Positions 59,592-64,000 of a stretch of 64,000 nucleotides of DNA are shown here, one piece after another. Every line of letters starts with the position of its first letter. Positions within the stretch are counted from its first letter, which is position 1. The stretch comes from an uncultured Chloroflexia bacterium (GTDB lineage: Bacteria; Chloroflexota; Anaerolineae; CG2-30-64-16). Made by a program: the position numbers and the translations under genes. The notes beneath the pieces are model-generated. The model was not told the origin of the DNA and made no database searches. It saw nothing but the letters and a program-made list of their open reading frames with translations. The stretch lies in the NCBI GenBank assembly GCA_963810095.1, contig CAWEMM010000009.1, forward strand, positions 448,001-512,000, written 5' to 3'.

Positions 59592-59756
59592 TTGTGAATC
59601 TCCTCCTTGGAGTTCGGCTGGTGAATACACCAGTACGGATTGTCAACGCGCTTTGTTCCATCAGTCGAAGTCTGACAGTAGTCGTGCCGTTAAGCAGCCA
59701 TCACCTCCCTTCATTCATTGCTCAGACGTTGTGCTAGCATTGGCTCGCCGCTTCGG

Positions 59757-60719
59757 TTAACCTCTGTGATACCGGTAGCGCAGCAGCAGGTCCTGCGGAT
59801 AGTTGCCGAACTTGCTGCCAAACAGGTTGATGCCCCCAATGTTGAGTGCATCCTCGGGTACGCCAATACGGATGCTCAGCGTGCCGCCACTCCCGAGCTT
59901 GATCGTGTCCAGCGTCACGTCGGAGACGCGGACGCCGTCCACAAAGCTGCCACTCGGGGTGACCTTCCAGACTTTGAGCAGCCCGTACTGCGAGTTATCA
60001 CTGTCCCACCAAGCGGGGGTTAGCACCCCGCGGTTGCCCCCGAAATCCGCCGGGCTCGTCCACACGCCGATGCGCACCCCGTTGATCCAAACGGTAATAT
60101 CTGACGGCCAGTCACTATGATGCAGCGGGGCTTCGGAGCACGTCTCGAAGCTGAGCTCGAGCGCGTCCAATATCACGTTGGGCGGCACGCGGTTGGGGAA
60201 ACGGTATTCCACGTAGCCTTTGTGGAACCAGAGCAGTTGCGCCGAAAGGCGTTCCGGCTCGAAGAAGGCGGTGGGGTCGTCCAGATGGCCGATAATGCTG
60301 GTCGCGCTGACCAGGCCGCACGTAGGGATGGTGCGGGCGTCCACATAGGCGCCCAGCGGCATGGCAATTTCGGTCGCCAGCTCTTCTTGTTCACGATCAA
60401 ACGGCAGCTGGATCGTGACCCGGTCGTACATGCGCGCACACACTTTCTGCAAGCCGCGCGACGCGGGCCGGATCTCGGTGCGGATCAATCCCGCATGTTC
60501 CAGGATATTCACATGGAGGGTGACGGTGGATGGCGGCCAGCCGAGGGCGTCGGCGATTTCGAGGACGGAGCACGTGTGGGCGCCGAGGTACTGCAGGATG
60601 GCCAGGCGCTTATCGGAGCCGAGCGCCTTCAGCACCTCCTCGAACTCAACGATGTTTGAGCCCGAGGGCGTCAAGCTGAGGACTCGGCCGCTTTTGGGTT
60701 CCACCGGCTGTTCCGTCAT
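59757..60719 (-). CDS. ArsR-type HTH regulator with C-terminal sensor domain (sugar-locus type)
   Basis: KALGSDKRLAIL; PTCGL; SEAP; WPSDI; WTSPADFG; QYGLLK; FGNYPQD. Confidence 0.85.
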   Translation of the reverse strand: MTEQPVEPKSGRVLSLTPSGSNIVEFEEVLKALGSDKRLAILQYLGAHTCSVLEIADALGWPPSTVTLHVNILEHAGLIRTEIRPASRGLQKVCARMYDRVTIQLPFDREQEELATEIAMPLGAYVDARTIPTCGLVSATSIIGHLDDPTAFFEPERLSAQLLWFHKGYVEYRFPNRVPPNVILDALELSFETCSEAPLHHSDWPSDITVWINGVRIGVWTSPADFGGNRGVLTPAWWDSDNSQYGLLKVWKVTPSGSFVDGVRVSDVTLDTIKLGSGGTLSIRIGVPEDALNIGGINLFGSKFGNYPQDLLLRYRYHRG

Positions 60720-60740
60720 CGCCAACCGCCTATTCGCTAA

Positions 60741-60764
60741 TTGAAACCGGAATATCCGTTTCAA
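60741..60764. promoter_or_regulatory. Candidate operator palindrome upstream of the regulator
   Basis: TTGAAAC-N10-GTTTCAA between the promoter and the start codon. Confidence 0.5.
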
Positions 60765-60876
60765 AAGGCACAAATCGGCCATCTGCCGCCGACAAAGACG
60801 TTGAAAGGCCCCATGCAACGGCTAGGTCAGCCTAACTGCGTCATTTGACGCAGTTAGACCTGTTTAACTGCTGGAT

Positions 60877-60905
60877 AACATACAGCAAACCAGAACGCTT
60901 GTCAA
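60877..60905 (-). promoter_or_regulatory. Sigma70-type promoter for the regulator and glycan operon
   Basis: TTGACA-17 nt-TATGTT on the minus strand. Confidence 0.6.
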
Positions 60906-61038
60906 GAGGTTAATTGAATCATCATAAAATGAGCAGGGCCCGACTGGGAGTTGACCCACATGTTGCAAGCGCAGATCGTTGTACGATGCTCGATGCGGCC
61001 GCACACGCAGGGCGGCCGACAGTGTGGGAGGTGTTCCA

Positions 61039-62217
61039 GTGCACCGATTATCACGCCACGATGTTTTGCAGCTCGCCAACCCGCAAGCCGCCGCGGGCGC
61101 GGGACCGTTCGTTTCGATCTATCAACCGGCCGATGCGCCGGGTCGCGAGAGCTTGGAGGGCCCGATCCGCTACAAGAACCTGCTCGACGAGGCCGAAGAC
61201 AGGCTGGTGAGCCAGGGCGTCAAACGCGCCGAGGCGCACGAGATCTTGCAGCAGGCTTGGGCACTGCACGGGAATGGAGAATTTCATCGCGCACCCGGGC
61301 TTGGGCTGGCGCTCTTCGCGGCGCCCGGTTTCTTCCGCTATTACCGCCTGCCGCTTGACCTCCCAGAACGGGTCGTCGTCGGCGACCGCTTTCACGTGAA
61401 GCCGCTGCTGCCGCTGCTGACGGGCGACGGCCGCTTCTATGTGCTCTCGCTCTCGCAGGGCAGCGTGCGCCTGCTCGAAGGCGACCGGCACGGGGTGAAG
61501 GAAACGGCGCTTGGCGAAGATGTGCCGAAGAGCCTCGCTGACTGGATGAAGTACACGGAGGAGGTGGAGTCGCTCCAGTTCCACACCCGCACCGATAACC
61601 CGATCAGCGCGGACGTGCGGGGGGGCGTCTTCTACGGCAGCGGAAGCGCCTCGGAGCGCGATAACAAGGATGAGATTCTCGGCTGGTTCAAGCAGTTGGA
61701 AGACGCCGTGGAGGAGAAAATGGGCCAGGACGGCGCGCCGCTGGTGCTCGCCGGGGTCGAGTACCTCCTGCCGCTCTATCGCCAGGCGAGCGGGTACAAG
61801 CACATCCTGGACGAAGCGATCACCGGTAACCAGGAAGGCACACCAGACGCCGAGCTGCACAGGCGGGCGTGGGAGTTGGTAGAGCCGCACTTTGGTGACG
61901 AAGAGCGTGCGGCGCGCGAGGCCTATGCGATCCAGGCGGGCCGCGGGACGTCGATGTCACGGCTTGGCGAGGTGCTGCGGGCTGCGCACGACGGCCGGGT
62001 CGACACGCTCTTTGTCCGCAGGGGCGCGCAGCGTTGGGGAGAGTACGACGTGCAGAAGCGCAAGGCCGAGGAGCGACCGGCAGGGGGCGAATCGCAACCC
62101 GGCGACGAGGACCTCCTCGACCTGGCAGCGACCCAGGCCCTGCTGATGGGCGGGACCGTATTCGTGGTGGACGACGTGCCGGGAAATGGCGACCTGGCCG
62201 CGGTGGTGCGCTACTAG
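61039..62217 (+). CDS. Bacterial archaeo-eukaryotic release factor-like protein (baeRF3/7 type)
   Basis: GGAGGT RBS; VSIYQP; RFHVKPLLP; PLVLAG; AAHDGRVDTL; C-terminal AAVVRY. Confidence 0.75.
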   Translation: MHRLSRHDVLQLANPQAAAGAGPFVSIYQPADAPGRESLEGPIRYKNLLDEAEDRLVSQGVKRAEAHEILQQAWALHGNGEFHRAPGLGLALFAAPGFFRYYRLPLDLPERVVVGDRFHVKPLLPLLTGDGRFYVLSLSQGSVRLLEGDRHGVKETALGEDVPKSLADWMKYTEEVESLQFHTRTDNPISADVRGGVFYGSGSASERDNKDEILGWFKQLEDAVEEKMGQDGAPLVLAGVEYLLPLYRQASGYKHILDEAITGNQEGTPDAELHRRAWELVEPHFGDEERAAREAYAIQAGRGTSMSRLGEVLRAAHDGRVDTLFVRRGAQRWGEYDVQKRKAEERPAGGESQPGDEDLLDLAATQALLMGGTVFVVDDVPGNGDLAAVVRY

Positions 62218-62249
62218 CAGGTTAGCACATCAACTTGGCTTCGATGCAG

Positions 62250-62282
62250 AGACCTTCGGGGCTTGCACAACCCCGAAGGTCT
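62250..62282. terminator. Hairpin between convergent genes (REP-like)
   Basis: agaccttcgggg-N9-ccccgaaggtct. Confidence 0.7.
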
Positions 62283-62290
62283 GGCACACC

Positions 62291-63925
62291 TCATCGCTCG
62301 GGTATCTGCTTCAGCGTCTCGATCAGCAAGTCGTTGAGCATTCCCACCGTCGACACCTGCAAGCGCTCGCCGGTCGTATGCACGTCCTTGAGCGTGGGCC
62401 CGATTGAGATCGCCTCCATCCCGGGATAGCTCGCCACAATCGTGCCGCACTCCAGCCCCGCATGGACGGCCTGCACTTCCGGCTCCTTCCCGTACAGGTC
62501 CTGATATACCCGCTTCATCAGGAGCAGGATTTGCGAGTCCGGATCGGCCTTCCAGCCGGAGAAGCGGTTATTGAAAGCGACGGAAGTGCTTGCGAGGTCC
62601 CACACACTCGCGACCATGGCCGAGAGGTCGTCCAGCTCGGAGTCGACCGAGCTCCGGAGGTAACAGATGACCTCAAGCCCGCCGTTGCCCAGGCTGACAA
62701 TGCCCATATTGGTTGAGGTCTCCACGAGACCTTCGACCTCGTCGCTCATGCGTATCACGCCCTGGGGGTTGGCGTAAAGCGCATCGATCAGGGTCTGCTG
62801 CGCGGCTTCATCCATGACTTTGGCGGGCATGCCGGCCGCGGTCGCATTGACCTGCAGCCCGGGTTCGACTGCCGCAAGCTCGCTCTTGACCGTTGTCTCG
62901 TAATCCTTGACGTCGGCCACGAACGCATCACGCTTGTCGTCGGGAACGACGACGAGCGCGGTGGCCGACGTCGTGATGGCGTTCGCAGCGGTCCCGCCGG
63001 CGAGGCTCGCCAGCCTGACCCCGTCCGTCCTGGACAGCTGCGACAGGAGCCGCACGAGCAGCTTGGTGGCGTGGCCGCGACCCAGGTCGATGTCGACTCC
63101 CGAGTGGCCGCCCTTAAGCCCGTCGATCGTAATCGAGTAGGCGGTGGTGGCGGCAGGAGCCGGCGCCTCTGCGTAGGTGTTGCTGATGTCCGCGTAGACG
63201 CCGCCCGCACTGCCGATGGTGAAAACGCCTTCGTCCTCCGAGTCGAGGTTGATCAGGATCGAACCGTTGAGGACGCCGGGCTGGAGCCCGAGCGCGCCGT
63301 CCATCCCGTCCTCTTCATTGACTGTCAGCAGCGCCTCGATGGGGCCGAGGGACAGCGTCTTGGATTGCAGGATCGCCATGATCAGGGCCAAGCCGATGCC
63401 ATCGTCGGCGCCCAGGGTGGTATCGCCTGCCACGACCCAGTCGTCTTCAACGTATGCCTGAATCGGGTCGTTCTCCCAGTCGTGCGTCACGCCCGGCGCG
63501 GTCTGCCCGACCATGTCCATGTGGCCCTGCAGGATCACCCCCTGGCGGTTTTCCATGCCGGCGGCTGCCGGCTTGCGGATAATGACGTTGCCCAACGCGT
63601 CGACTTCCGTCTCGAGCCCCAGGTCGCGGCCGAACTGCGCGAGGAAGGCGCTGATCTTCTCCTCATGGTGCGACGGCCGCGGGACCTGCGTGATTGCGTA
63701 GAAGTTCTCGAAGACGTCTGCGGGGTTCATGCTGGCCGCCACACCGGCGAGCGGCACCCGTCCGGTTGGGGCCGGCGTAATGGCTGAAGGCACACTGGTC
63801 GCCGGCGCTGCGCCGGCTGACGGCAGTTCGACGGTGGCTGGAGGCGGCGCCGGCACGGCAACGCACCCTGAGGCGAGTAGGACGGCGAGGGCCAACGTGA
63901 CGAGGGTAGGCGGGAGGCTTTTCAT
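62291..63925 (-). CDS. pepD: Aminoacyl-histidine dipeptidase (M20C) with N-terminal lipoprotein signal
   Basis: QGHMDMV; LGADDGIG; NEEDG; NLDSE; GGHSG; HAGLECG; lipobox LASGC plus Pro-rich linker. Confidence 0.9.
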   Translation of the reverse strand: MKSLPPTLVTLALAVLLASGCVAVPAPPPATVELPSAGAAPATSVPSAITPAPTGRVPLAGVAASMNPADVFENFYAITQVPRPSHHEEKISAFLAQFGRDLGLETEVDALGNVIIRKPAAAGMENRQGVILQGHMDMVGQTAPGVTHDWENDPIQAYVEDDWVVAGDTTLGADDGIGLALIMAILQSKTLSLGPIEALLTVNEEDGMDGALGLQPGVLNGSILINLDSEDEGVFTIGSAGGVYADISNTYAEAPAPAATTAYSITIDGLKGGHSGVDIDLGRGHATKLLVRLLSQLSRTDGVRLASLAGGTAANAITTSATALVVVPDDKRDAFVADVKDYETTVKSELAAVEPGLQVNATAAGMPAKVMDEAAQQTLIDALYANPQGVIRMSDEVEGLVETSTNMGIVSLGNGGLEVICYLRSSVDSELDDLSAMVASVWDLASTSVAFNNRFSGWKADPDSQILLLMKRVYQDLYGKEPEVQAVHAGLECGTIVASYPGMEAISIGPTLKDVHTTGERLQVSTVGMLNDLLIETLKQIPER

Positions 63926-64000
63926 TGCGCATGCTCCTTCCAGCGAGCGAACCGAGCGGCGCCATTGCGAACCGGTAGCGCGAGTTTATCATCTTTCTTC

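Overview
High-GC bacterial chromosome segment, most likely Chloroflexota (Anaerolineae/Caldilineae-like). This is inferred from lipoproteins with long PTEAP/PAAT linkers, the gene content and the intergenic palindrome types. No rRNA, tRNA, CRISPR array, integrase or transposase is recognisable. In order: (1) a ~15 kb sugar-catabolism operon (SDR, ABC importer whose binding protein carries a near-identical 993-nt tandem duplication, URO-D-fold protein, UlaE-like epimerase, LyxK-like kinase, AraL-like HAD, SorC-type regulator, AraM-like G1P dehydrogenase, SMP-30 lactonase); (2) a heterodimeric ABC exporter; (3) three proteases without obvious signal peptides (TPR-CHAT, gluzincin, astacin-like); (4) an ABC-2 efflux system split over both strands with a doubled HlyD adaptor; (5) DedA, GNAT and LCP genes; (6) a single-ORF TM-DtxR-FeoA-FeoA-Nramp fusion; (7) an Rrf2 regulator that shares a palindromic operator-like site with an atypical pstSCAB-like operon; (8) a glycan-utilisation locus (GH43 x2, GH1, GH2, gnd, ABC importer, ArsR-type regulator, large secreted GH-like protein); (9) a baeRF-like protein and a PepD with a lipoprotein signal. 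About a dozen otherwise intact genes carry small frameshifts, most likely long-read consensus errors. Family assignments come from motif recognition by eye; no searches were run.
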